Notes: a model not told the origin generated them from the letters alone. Shown: positions 13,383 to 25,389, numbered from the stretch's first letter. The stretch is 64,000 nucleotides of DNA from Octopus sinensis (GCF_006345805.1 NC_043013.1:54932001-54996000); one strand, 5' to 3'. Made by a program: numbers and translations.

Positions 13383-13798
13383 TCTTTACTCTTTTAATTG
13401 TTTCAGTCATTTGACTGTGGCCATGCTGGAGCACTGCCTTTAGTCGAGGAAATCGACCCCAGGAATTATTCTTTATAAGCCTAGTACTTATTCTATAGGT
13501 CTCTCTTGCCGAACTGCTAAGTTACAGGGACATAAACACACCAGCATCAGTTGTCAAGCAATGTTGCGGGTGGGTGGGGGGGAACAAACACAGACACACA
13601 AACACACACACACATATATGTACATATACATATATATGACGGGCTTCTTTCAGATTCCGTCTACCAAATTCACTCACAAAGCCTTGGTCGGCCCAAGGCT
13701 ATAGTAGAAGACACTTGCCCAAAGTGCCATGCAGTGGGACTGAACTCAGAACCATGTGGTTGGTAAGCAAGCTACTTACCACACAACCACTCCTGCAC
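13383..13798 (-). mobile_element. SINE family A, full-length
   Basis: tRNA-like head (gcaggagtggttgtgtggtaag...gagttcagtcccactg), CORE-like ttgggcaagtg segment, internal (TA/TG)n, hairpin tail. Confidence 0.88.
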
Positions 13799-13834
13799 AC
13801 ACACTTTATTATTATTATTATTATTATTATTATT

Positions 13835-14030
13835 TAAGGTAGCAAACTGGCAGAATCATTAGTGCGCCAGGCAAAATGCTTAGCAGTATTTCATATATCT
13901 TCATGTTTTGAGTTCAAATTCCATTGAAGTCAACTTTGCCTTTCATCTTTTTGGGGTCAATAAATTAAGTTCCCCTCCCCCCAAATTTCAGGCCTTGTGC
14001 CTTGAGTAGAAAGGATTATTTCTAACCATA
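13835..14030 (+). mobile_element. SINE family B
   Basis: aaggtagcaaactggcagaatcattag...gagttcaaattcc...gtcaactttgcctttcatc...aaatttcaggccttgtgcc; preceded by (ATT)n. Confidence 0.8.
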
Positions 14031-14425
14031 AAGTTTCCATTCCTTCATCAACTTACTCTATAGAATTCTCAGCCATTTTCATTAGTGTGGTTGAGTATTT
14101 GACAGATCCATATTTCTTTAATATTACTCTCCGGCAGAATCAGTAGAATCCAGTGTGGTATGGCTAGACTTTGAACTACTTGTTCATGCCACCCAGTGAA
14201 CTTTGACACATTTCCCATCAATCCTATACCATTCGCAAGACATGGACTAACAAAAGCTAGAGAAAAGGTCACTTGTCCAAGAGGTCATGCAATAAGATCA
14301 AATCCAGGAAGTCATGAAGCTGAAAGGAACATCTTAACCATTCAACCTTGCAATACCTAAACCAATCTATTTATATGCACACACGCTCACACATACATAT
14401 ACATACACATACATAATGCAATACA

Positions 14426-14490
<65 letters not shown>

Positions 14491-15837
14491 GAGTTAGATA
14501 AAGAGAAAAACAGGCAGACTGAAAGAGAGAAATGAAACACAAGAGAGATGGAGACAGACACATAATCATAGAGCTTCCGTATACTTACAGGACAGAGTAA
14601 ATTTATTCTGTTTATCATCTCAAACCACTTGACATCTCATTACTTTGTATACACGCACACATGCACTCACATACCCACCCACACACACACGCATGATATA
14701 TGTATGCCCATATAGAATGAAATAAAACTTCTATTGATAGGAAATTTGTTTTGGTAAGTGTGTCCTTTATAAAATATAACGTATTGCAGTTCTGTAATAA
14801 ATGTTCTTCTATAAAAAGCATTCAGGATTTTTATGATTCTGCTGTGGAAAGTAAGGAATGGTACATCACATCTAACTAACATTGTAAAAGCAGACACACA
14901 GTCAGAGAGAGAGACAGAGAAAGAGAAAGGGGACGAAAGGGTGAGAAATATTTACCATCGTCTCTCTCTCTCTTTCTCTCTCACACACACACACACATAT
15001 ATGTTGAAGAACACAAAATAGAAAAAATGGCAGGATACGTTCACAATCAGTGTGTGTGTGTGGTGTGTGTGTGTGTGTGTGTTCGTCTGTCTGTGTACCT
15101 GTTTACAATGTTCCTTCTTTCTGCTTAAGCTCTTATAAAATTAGACAAAAACTTTCTTGAATAAAATAAAGTACAAAACATATTTTCTGTTCTGATGCTA
15201 ACCTAACATGTCTTCATGTTCTTTTCTCCTAAAATTATGTCATATTCATTTTTCAGCAATAACAAACAAGAAAAAAAAAACAAAACGAAAAAAACAACCA
15301 AACAAAAAAACACAATCTGGAACAATTTCTTGGTAAACGAAGTGGTTGTATCAGGAATTTGTGTAGAATTATATCACTGTTATTAAAACAGCAACACAGA
15401 GATATTCACTTGCTTATATTACTGCACAGTAAATGAAACCTAGTTTAATGGTATTCATTAAATTCTATTCAGTAAGGGAAATATTTGTTCTCTTCTATAG
15501 ATGCAAATTAATATAATTAATGAGAAAGAGAGAATGAATGGAATGGTTATACAAGAATATATTCCTAAAGGTAATTGGATTGGGTTTCAACTAAACACAG
15601 ACCTATCCGAAATATGCTAATGCACTATACCATATAACATGAGTCTTTATAAATATAGAAAATACACTATTTTCTGTTTTGTTTATTATAATTTTTTAAT
15701 ATGGTAACTATTAATTATCGTAATTTACAGAGTTTTGTAAAAGCTAAGGAATTATCAACTAACTCTATTTAATTTCCAAGCTGTCATGATAATTGCACTT
15801 TTTTCTGTATGTATAACTGCCATAGTTATTATACATA

Positions 15838-15838
15838 T

Positions 15839-15906
<68 letters not shown>

Positions 15907-15920
15907 GATGATGATGATGA
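15838..15920. repeat. (AAT)n/(GAT)n microsatellite
   Basis: Seen directly. Confidence 0.95.
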
Positions 15921-16573
15921 TAAAATGTAAGGAACATATTGTAAATTAATATCCTGTTATTATTATACTTTTGTGTATGGTTACAGCTGATGCTATTTGT
16001 TCCTGGATACGGATACTATAATAATTGTGCTTATTAAACATATTAAAGCAGTTACATTTCAGAAACGTTTATTGAATATAGCTTTTTTCTAAATAACTAA
16101 AGCAATTCATTGTTATTTAAAAAGAAGAAAATAAAATCTCATATTTTGTTTTACATCAAAATAAACTGCACACTGTGCCACCATGGATCCCCACATCATA
16201 CTCTAATACATTCCGTACTGTGCCTCGATAAACAATGCTTGGTTCTCCAACAAGCTCAACCCCGTGCTGCCATTAACTCATTATTTTGACTCAGTATATA
16301 CCAAACTCTGCTCCAATTGATCAAAAGTATGTTCCCGTAGACACCACGTCATTTCCCAGTGGATGCCACTTTGTGCTTCAATACACACTATGTCCTATCC
16401 TAACAGACATCGCACCAAGTCTCAACAGACACCTCACAGGGACTCTACAAAGAAATTAACAACTTGAATTAATTACTTATTGAAATTATCTTCAACAGAT
16501 TACCAAATGATTAGCATTTCATGCAACAAAAACAACAAATGATTGTAAATTGTTGATGCTGGCAATATTTGAA

Positions 16574-16606
<33 letters not shown>

Positions 16607-16922
16607 CACACACGCTTACAAGACATTTTGCCCATTGGTCTACAAAGAATGGTCAGTTTGATGACAACAACAGTGATGACGATAGTAATAATGGAATTAT
16701 TTCAAAGAAGCTGGTAGAATCTGTAAAGAACTGGACGTGTTCCTTTTTACATTTGGGATACAAAACCAGCTTTTTATTTGTCTGGGGTTAATAAAATTAG
16801 TATCAGACAAGTATTGAAGTTAGAGGTCAATTTAATTGACTGGACAAAATATGTGACCTTGAGCCAGTACTAGAAATCCTCATTAATATTATTAATACCA
16901 TTCTTGCTTTGTTGTATACAAG

Positions 16923-17112
16923 CTGTTCCAAGTCATAACCAAAGACCACGAGTAACAGTAAACCAGACGTTTTACTATGAACGTTATTTATGATTAGCAA
17001 TAATACAGCTTACGTGAAGAAGGCCAGAATCTGAGAACAAAGAGTCTGTTACATTTGAAATATTTCAGTTTTGACAGAGTTTTAAGAGAAACAAGTGTTT
17101 TCAAGTTGATAA
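16923..17112. repeat. Local duplication, copy 1 (paralogous to 19559-19739)
   Basis: ctgttccaagtc...ttttactatg...ttatttatgattagcaat...atatttcagtt.tgacagagttttaagagaa.ca.gtgttttcaagttga is shared by both copies. Confidence 0.85.
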
Positions 17113-17160
17113 TGTTTTAATGATATTATTATCATCATCATCATTATTATTATTATTATT

Positions 17161-17610
17161 ATTGAGTGAGAGAGCAGTGAATGTCATCAAAGTGACACTG
17201 AGTGTAGCTATACAAAGCCCAATATACCCACCATGACTACTTGTCTGATAAGGATCTGCCAGGCACATGCACCACTACTATATGTGCAGGGCATGATGAT
17301 CCTATATCAAGATAAACAGTGCATGACCTTCAGGTAGGTGGGGGCCTAGTTAGAATTTTTTTCAGGTTGAGTAGCCTATCCTGCTCAAAAGGTCTCTGAA
17401 TAAGGATTGTTTAAGGATGATGAACGCAACACCCATGTTTCTAGAGATGAATTACTCAAACCCCAAAGAACTCCCTTCAACATATGGCTATGATGCTCCC
17501 CAACTACTTCTCATGATCAGAGAAGCATATATTGTCAGTTAAGAAGGGACATGCTCAGCTGGTGACAGTCAAGCTATTGACTAGCAATTCTGTGATAGTG
17601 AGCAGAATAT
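17161..17610 (-). mobile_element. Interspersed repeat family F inside an (ATT)n tract
   Basis: Colinear with 47684-48005; (ATT)n on both flanks. Confidence 0.8.
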
Positions 17611-17778
17611 TATTATTATTATTATTATTATTATTATGCAAATTTCACTGAGGTCAACTTTGTCTCTCATCCTTTCAATGTGGATGAATTAATTCCCCAT
17701 TATGCACTGGGGATGATGTAATCAACTGTTCTCCTCCCACAAAATTTCAGACCTTGTGCTTATAGTACAAAGGGTTAC

Positions 17779-17828
<50 letters not shown>

Positions 17829-18544
17829 GTATATTTTTAAAAATATAATTATTTTATTACAGCACAAAAGAACAGTTAACATTTTTCTTGGTCATTACCT
17901 ATAAAGAGCTATAGGTATTTTGTGAAGAATAAGGAATGTTTGGCATAAGAACTAAATGAATAAAGAGAATAAAAAGAAAATCTTTTCTAGGTGTTGTCAA
18001 AACTTAAAATAAAAGGAAGAAGAGAAGATAGCACTAATTTCAGAAAGAGAGAGTAAGCTTAATGGATTTCACAAATATGTGCGGATATCTGTAAAACAGA
18101 CATTAAAAATATCATTAGTGGCAACAATAAGCTATAAATTTCCTCTCATGGATTGACTGATTTCTAATGTACATTACAATAATATAAGGAGATATAAGAG
18201 AATAGAATGATATCAAAACTGATACTCTAAGAAATATCAGATGCTAACGCTAAATTTAACCAATCTACTTTAAACTTTGCACAACAATATCAAGTACAAG
18301 ATTGTTGTCCTAGCTGAATTTAAAGCCTTTTTTCCCGCTGAAGTGTAAGCAATGATATTTATCTCGAATATGAGAATGATTTGCCAGTAACAAACACATT
18401 TCTCTAGAAAGTCATCTTTTAATATTACAATTCATGGTTGACAGGAATTCAGGAATATAGGTCAACATTACTCTTTTCTGATTGAATGATAAGGAACAAA
18501 TTTAACCCTTTTACTATGTATGAAATTTATACAATGATTTCTGG

Positions 18545-18716
18545 CCCCTGTGCTGGTGGCATGTAAAAAAGCACCCACTATGTTCTCAGAGTGGTTGGCG
18601 TTAGGAAGGGCATCAAGCTGTAGACTGGAGCCTGGTGCAGCCTCCTGGCTTCCCAGACCCCAGTCGAATCGTCCAACCCATGCCAGCATGGAAAACAGAT
18701 GATGATGATGATGATG
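18545..18716 (+). mobile_element. RTE-type LINE 3' terminal fragment
   Basis: gtgctggtggcatgtaaaaaagcacc...ggttggcgttaggaagggcatc...gtccaacccatgccagcatggaaa followed by (GAT)n. Confidence 0.85.
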
Positions 18717-18849
18717 GCACATGTTGTTTCAATTAAAAGAGCTCACTGAAACTTGCCAGATATGTATTGAATTTATTTCTTCATTGATTGTAAGATAGAA
18801 GTTAGATGAAAGCAAAGTAAGCTATTCATTAGTAAAATTATTATTACTG

Positions 18850-19020
18850 AGACAGAAGGCTGGCAGAATCGTTTGCACACCAGGCAAAATGCTTAACAGC
18901 ATTCCAGCAATCTTTATGATCTGAGTTCAAATTCCACCAAGGTCAACTGTACCTTTTATCCTTTTGGGGTTGATAAAATAAGTATCAGTTGAATACTGGC
19001 CTTGTGTCAAAATTTGAACC

Positions 19021-19060
<40 letters not shown>

Positions 19061-19985
19061 GATATTATTATTATTATTATTGATATTATTATTATTATTA
19101 TTGATATTATTATCAACAAAGCATTGAGCTAGCTGAATCATTAGCACAATGGGCAAAATGCTTAGCAGTATTTCATCCATCTTCACATTCTGGGTTCAAA
19201 TTCTATTAAGGACAAATTTGCTTTTCATTCTTTTGGTATCAATAAATTAAGTCCTCATAAAAAACTGGGGTTGAGGTAATCAACTAGTCCCCTTCCACAA
19301 AATTTCAGGCATTGTCCCTAGAGTGGAAAAATGCAGAATTGTTAGCACGCTGGACAAAATGCTTAGTGGTATTTTGCCCATTGCTATGTTCTGAGTTCAA
19401 ATTCCACCAGGGTTGACTTGCCTTCAGGGGTCGATAAATTAAGTACCAATGAAACACTGGGTCAATGTAATCGACCAGTCCCTCCCACCAAAATTTCAGG
19501 CTTTGTGCCTTTATTAGAAAGTATTATAATTTATGTTATTCTTCCTGTTTTATGCAAGCTGTTCCAAGTCTCAACCAACGACCACAAGTGACAGCATTTT
19601 ACTATGGATATTATTTATGATTAGCAATGGAGTACTGAGGGTAAAGAAGACCAGATTCTGGAAACTAAGATTCTGTTAAATTTGTAATATTTCAGTTCTG
19701 ACAGAGTTTTAAGAGAATCAGGTGTTTTCAAGTTGACAACCTCCTCCTCCTCCTCCTTCTTCCTCTTCTTCTTTTTATTATTATTAAGGCAGCAAGCTGG
19801 CAGAATTGTTAGCATGCTGGGCAAAATGCTTAGCAGTATTTTGCCCATCACTACATTCTGAGTTCAAATTTTGCTGAGGTCGACTTTGCCTTTCATCTTT
19901 TCAGGGTTGATAAATTAAATACCAGTGAAACACTGGGGTCAATGTAGTCAAGTAGTCCTTTTCCCACAAATTTGAGGCCTTGTGG
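18850..19985 (+). mobile_element. Cluster of four SINE family B copies (approx. 18850-19020, 19118-19330, 19330-19525, 19786-19985)
   Basis: Repeated head (gctggcagaat..ttagcac..ggcaaaatgcttag) and gttcaaatt...gataaa.taagtacc core, all in the same orientation. Confidence 0.85.
19559..19739. repeat. Local duplication, copy 2 (paralogous to 16923-17112)
   Basis: Aligns to copy 1 with a 9-nt indel and scattered substitutions. Confidence 0.85.
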
Positions 19986-20535
19986 CTCCATCCGTTCGTG
20001 GCTGTTTGCCAGCTCTGTCTGGCCCCCGTGTCGATGGCACATAAAAGCACCATCCATTCGTGTTCGTTGCCAGCCTCGCCTGGCCCCCATGCCGGTGACA
20101 CGTAAAAGCACCATCCGCTCGTGTTCGTTGCCAGTCTCGCCTGGCCCCCGTGCCAGTGACACGTAAAAGCACCATCCGCTCGTGGCCGTTTGCCAGCTCT
20201 GTCTGGCCCCCGTGTCGGTGGCACGTAAAAGCACCATCCGTTTGTGTCCGTTGCCAGCCTCGCCTGGCCCCCGTGCCGGTGACACATAAAAGCACCATCC
20301 GTTTAATGGCCGTTTGCCAGCTCTGTCTGGCACCTGTGCGGGAGGCATGTAAAAAGCACCCACTACACTCACAGAGTGGTTGGCATTAGGAAGGGCATCC
20401 AGCCGTAGAAACACTGCCAGATCTGACTGGGCCTGATGAAGCCTTCCAGCTTCACAGACCCCAGTTGAACCGTCCAACCCATGCTAGCATGGAAAGCGGA
20501 CGCTAAACGATGATGATGATGATGATGATGATGAT
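19986..20535 (+). mobile_element. RTE-type LINE 3' UTR fragment containing a tandem array
   Basis: Ends in ggttggcattaggaagggcatccagccgtag...catgctagcatggaaagcggacgctaaacgat(GAT)n; directly abuts the tail of the SINE B copy that ends at 19985. Confidence 0.85.
19988..20360 (+). repeat. GC-rich 61/62-bp tandem array, six units (A-B-B-A-B-A')
   Basis: Units start at 19988, 20050, 20111, 20172, 20234 and 20295. Confidence 0.92.
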
Positions 20536-21939
20536 TATTATTATTATTATTAAGATGATGATATATACTGATATGAAAATTCTCTTTCTTTCAGACATAG
20601 AATAATAAGAGTTGGCTGCACAAGAATATGAAAGAAAATATTGGAAGAAGAGTTGAGGATGGTGAACCTAACGAAGAGGATGATGACAGACCTTGACAAG
20701 TGCCAAGATGCAATGTTGAAGTCTCACCCAGCTCATGAAAACATTGAAAAACAGACTTAAATTAAAGAATTTTATGGAAATACATTAGCTAATTCTTCAT
20801 TTCACATTACAGAATTATACTTTTTGCTTCATCATTACACTACCTACTGAAATTTAATTAAAGATACTGGAAATTCAATAATTAACAAACATATAAAGTA
20901 ATTTGTAATTGTGTTTATTAGTAATACATTTTGCATTATTCACAATCTACAAAATACAGGAAAAATATTATCATTCTCCATTATAGAAAGGATCAGCTCA
21001 TATTTATTGAATATTTTCTGCAAGAAAGACTTCTAATGAAGACCGTCTAAAAAGATGTTACACTCATCTTTTCTTCCAATACCAAAGAAATAATGTTCTG
21101 TCATTTTCTTTTTCTAATGGAATTCATCTTTCAATCAATTTAGAAACAATAATTTTTTTTTTTTTTTTCAATGAATTGATTTTAATATTGTGTCTGTCTT
21201 GTAAGTTATAAAATAAACAAACAAGGAGACATACAACTAAAGATTATTATGCAAAAAATCATCCTCATGAACTATATCTATCAATTTTGCTGCAGACAGA
21301 GAAAATTGATGAGGGTGAAAAAAAGAAAAAAAGATTTAGTGAAAAATATGAAAGAGAGGAGGGGAACATAGTGGAAGGTCAAACACATTTACATAGATTT
21401 ATTCTTCTTTCTATGTTATTTTAATTTATTCGCTCAAACTTGTAAATTTATTTGGACTTTTTCATTATAGTTTTGATGACTATGAGTTCCTGCCCTTTGC
21501 TGCTTTATTCGATTGCCGTTTATCAAGCTAGAAGAGTTCTATGAATTACTCTTACATTATTGGTCTGATTTTATGGTTTTTATCAGATTTCAGATACATT
21601 GCGCTCAAAACTCTATTCTCCTGTCCTTTTGTTTAACACAAACACATCTTACATAGCAATTTATTAATGTTTTATTATTTATCTCGAGATAATATTCATA
21701 GCTTGACTAATGAAGACTCGCAATATACTGTTAGAATGACTATCAAATATGTTCTGTTTACCACAAATTTTTCTTCATTCACAGAAATTCTAGAACATAA
21801 AAGATCTTCATATTGGGACATCTAATGTTGACCTGTTTTGAAATAGTAATATATATATATATATATATGCATGTATGTATATATATGCATATACATTTAT
21901 ATGCATAATCAAAATAGGCAACAAGGATAGCCAAGGTAG

Positions 21940-22027
21940 TGTAATACAATTGTTTCATGCTACTTTATTTTATTAAACACTGTAAGTATTACATCAGTTT
22001 TAAAATGTCGAGCAATCTTCAGCCACA
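21940..22027 (-). ncRNA. Degenerate type I hammerhead-ribozyme-like motif
   Basis: tgtgg-CTGAAGA-t-tgct...agca-t-GAAA-CAATTG-T-A-ttaca; palindromic ACAATTGT stem III; stem I held by G-U wobbles. Confidence 0.5.
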
Positions 22028-22110
22028 TATAGAACTTTTTAATTAAACGGACAATGCACATTCTTATGCATATATATATATATATATATATATGAAGCTG
22101 GTGTGTTTTG

Positions 22111-22725
22111 CTGGATGTACAATGTCAGTGTGCATGTACAACAGAGTGTAAGTGTCTTGAAAGAAAAGCTGGGCACAAGAAGAATCAGATATGGTGTACA
22201 AGAGAGACAACTGCGTTGATATGGTCATGTGATACAGATGGACGAGGACAGCTGTGTAAAGAAGTGCTAATCTCTAACTGTGGGGGGAAACTGTGCTAGA
22301 GGTAGACCCAGGAAGACATGGAAGGAGGTGTTGGAACATAATCTTCAGATATTGGGTCTCTTGGTGGGATGACAAGTGACTGAGACTTCTGGCGATATGC
22401 TGAGTATGAGAAGAATTGCCAAGCCAAAGGAAAAGGTAGTGGTGATCATGTGAATGGCAGCCATGCATCATAGCTGTGGTCATTGCTGGTGTCATGTAAA
22501 TGACACCTGGGCATTGTAGTTGTGGTCGTTGATGGTACCACGTAAATCACACCTGTGCCATTGGCACATAAAAGCACCTGTTGCACACCTGGAGTGGTTG
22601 GCATTAGGAAAGGCATGCAGCTGTAGAAACCATGCCAAATCAGACTGGAACCTGGTGCAGCTCATCAGCTCCAGTCAAACCATCTAACCCGTGCCAGCAT
22701 GGAGAGTGGACGTTAAATGATGATA
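22111..22725 (+). pseudogene. RTE-clade LINE 3' remnant (ORF C-terminus plus UTR)
   Basis: WMYNVSVHVQQSVSVLKEKLGTRRIRYGVQERQLR*YGHVIQMDEDSCVKKC ... RGRPRKTWKEV, then the RTE tail. Confidence 0.85.
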
Positions 22726-23145
22726 TATTCATACACATATTCATATATACACATATATATACATACATATACATATAAAATACACACACACATACACACA
22801 AACATATATATATATATACATATACACATGTACACACATACACATACATGAATATGCAGTGTAATAGATGGATCCATAGAATCCCGTGACTATCATGAAC
22901 ACCTTCTTCGGTGTACCCGGCTGTCATACCACAGAGTAATCCCTTTCTGAGGAGTATAATGCCATAATCTTATAGATATCAAGTGGTTAAATAAATATAT
23001 CCACCTCTCACATACCTCCTGACTTTTCCTGATTTATATATGTACATGTATATATATATATTTATTATTTGAGGGAATAAAATCCAAACTTACAAGGAAA
23101 AAAAAATTCAATTTAGAAATACTAAATCAAATTTCACACAATATA

Positions 23146-23405
23146 ATATATATATATAAAATTAGAAAAAAAACACTTTTTATCAATTCAAAATGACCAA
23201 TTAAATTACACCATCTAGAAAATTACATATAATAGAAAAGTTAAAATTAAAATAACAATAAAATGTAAAGATTAAGTAAATTGCAGAAATAATAATAAAA
23301 ACGTATATAATTTTCTATTATATGTAATTTTCTAGATGGTGTAATTTAATTGTTCATTTTGAATTGATAAAAAGTGTTTTTTTTTCTAATTTTATATATA
23401 TATAT
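23146..23405. repeat. Inverted repeat, ~95-bp arms (23146-23239 / 23311-23405)
   Basis: aaattagaaaaaaaacactttttatcaattcaaaatg...tagaaaa is mirrored almost perfectly. Confidence 0.9.
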
Positions 23406-23416
23406 ATATATATAAA

Positions 23417-23519
23417 ACAATAATTAAGGGCTTAGCAACAAGCTGCTTCACCACATACCGAAAATTTCTAAATTTTCGGTATGTGGTGAAGCAACTTGTT
23501 GCTAAACCTTAATTATTGT
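23417..23519. repeat. Near-perfect palindrome, ~50-bp arms, 2-nt loop
   Basis: ...ccacataccgaaaattt-ct-aaattttcggtatgtgg... Confidence 0.92.
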
Positions 23520-23642
23520 TATAATTATATAAAAAACTTTTTGTATAAGTTTTTACCGAATATGGCTCTTTTCCATACCGAAACTACTTGGTAAATTTAT
23601 TAATTTATTAAATTAATAATTCTTTACCCTATATCTGTAATG

Positions 23643-23681
<39 letters not shown>

Positions 23682-24948
23682 CAATATTAATAAAATAGAT
23701 GGAATGAGTAAAATATTTTATTAGGTACGACTAATGTTTTGACCCATTCTGGGTCTCTTTTTGGTACATCAATAAAAAACGTCTTACTAGAGATTTTTTG
23801 ATTCAGTTTTACATATCGTTATAAGTCCATAGACTATATATATATATATATATAAATTGAGTATTATATTTATATATGTATTGAGAAAACTATAAAACTG
23901 TCCCTTTTAAACCTTAAACCTTCTCATTGTTTCTCTTGTGTATCATCTGTTATTGTTTACGTTTTTATAAGTTTTGACCAGAGCAGATAATAATTAATTC
24001 ACCTAAGGGCATGCGTAAAGTGATGGGTGATATAAAAGTGTAAAAACAAAACAAAAAGCTTCACTGTCCATTGCCCTGCCTCCACCACCTTAGTCAACAT
24101 CTCTACTGACACCACCACCACCACCACCATTACATTTATTAGTAGCAAGGCTCAGCCCAAGTTACTTGCCAATCAAGATTAATTTTTCATTTCAGTTCCA
24201 CTATTTACCTATCAATTTCTCTTCCAACACACACACGACAGGTTTCTTTCAGTTCCCAAATACCAAATTCCCCTCACAAGGCTTTGGTCAGCCCAAAGCT
24301 ATAGTAGAAGACACTTACCAAAGGTGGCATGTAGTGCAATGAACCAAGAATCATGTCGTTTGGAAGGAAGCTTTTTATTACTCACCTATACATATGGATG
24401 TATCTATAGACCTGCCACCTGCCCCCCAACTTATCTTTCTACCATATTTTTTTTCTTTCTGTCTCTGCATTAATCTTTCAACTCAGACAATACAGATAAA
24501 CATTTAAACCTTATAACAACAAGATATAAACAGACTTACAGCAGTGCCACAGCATGGCAACAATGTTTGGGCTGGAACATGGAGAAGACTGCTACTTGCT
24601 GACTATGGTCATTTCACTTCAATTCAATAATCAATGTATCTAGCCAGCCAACTTTCTATCCTCCGTCCATCAACGTATCTATGTAAATAGATATGTCAAA
24701 TCCACTCTCTCTCTCTCTCTCTCTGCCTCTTTTTTCATCTCTACCACACACTCCTGTCCTAAACACTTGTCTTTCTCTCTCTTTCACTTCCTTCAACTAT
24801 TTAACCGCATAACATAATGATAATCCCCTTTTTCCCTGCTTACAACCCTTTTCTCTCTCTTTTCACCTCATCCTTTAGCTAACCACGTGACAACATCACA
24901 TTTGGCTTCACATCAATAAATGTATTATAAAATACACTAGCATATATA

Positions 24949-25296
24949 TTCTTTTACTTGTATCAGTCATTTGACTGTAGCCATGCTGGAGCACCGCCTT
25001 TAGTCAAGCAAATCAACCCTAGGATTTATTCTTTGAAAGCCTAGTCCTTATTTTATTGGCCTCTTTTGTCAAACTGCTAAGTTATGGGGACGTAAGCACA
25101 CCATCATCAGTTGTCAAGTGAAGGTGGGGGAACAAACACACATATATATATAAGATGGGCTTCTTTCAGTTTTCGTCTACCAAATCCACTCACAAGGCTT
25201 TGGTCAGAAGACACTTGTCCAAGGTGCCATGCAGTGGGACTGAACTCAGAACCATGTGTCTGGTAAGCAAGCTACTTACCAGACAGCCACGCCTGT
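24949..25296 (-). mobile_element. SINE family A, near-full
   Basis: Reverse complement of family A from head to hairpin tail. Confidence 0.85.
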
Positions 25297-25389
25297 ATAA
25301 AAAAAAAACAGATTAACGATTCAAATCATTAAAAAAAAATGCAAGTGACATATTTTCCTTTTAGATTTCCTTAACTCTCAATGCTATGT

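Noticed and set aside
16177-16206. Perfect Kozak context gccaccATGG at 16183
   Set aside because: The ORF is only 7 codons (MDPHIIL*).
19988-20360. CRISPR-like repeat-spacer appearance (also 31597-31915)
   Set aside because: The spacers are themselves repeated rather than unique, the context is a eukaryotic LINE UTR, and there are no cas genes.
19893-20477. Overlapping 116-194 aa ORFs with repeated motifs
   Set aside because: They come from the GC-rich 61/62-bp array plus SINE and LINE tails. They are open in several frames and strands, and the period is not a multiple of 3.
20593-20700. Candidate terminal exon after ttctctttctttcag (also 3661-3810, 45140-45232, 60270-60350)
   Set aside because: Only short open frames with no recognisable homology; such acceptor-plus-short-ORF patterns are expected by chance in 64 kb.
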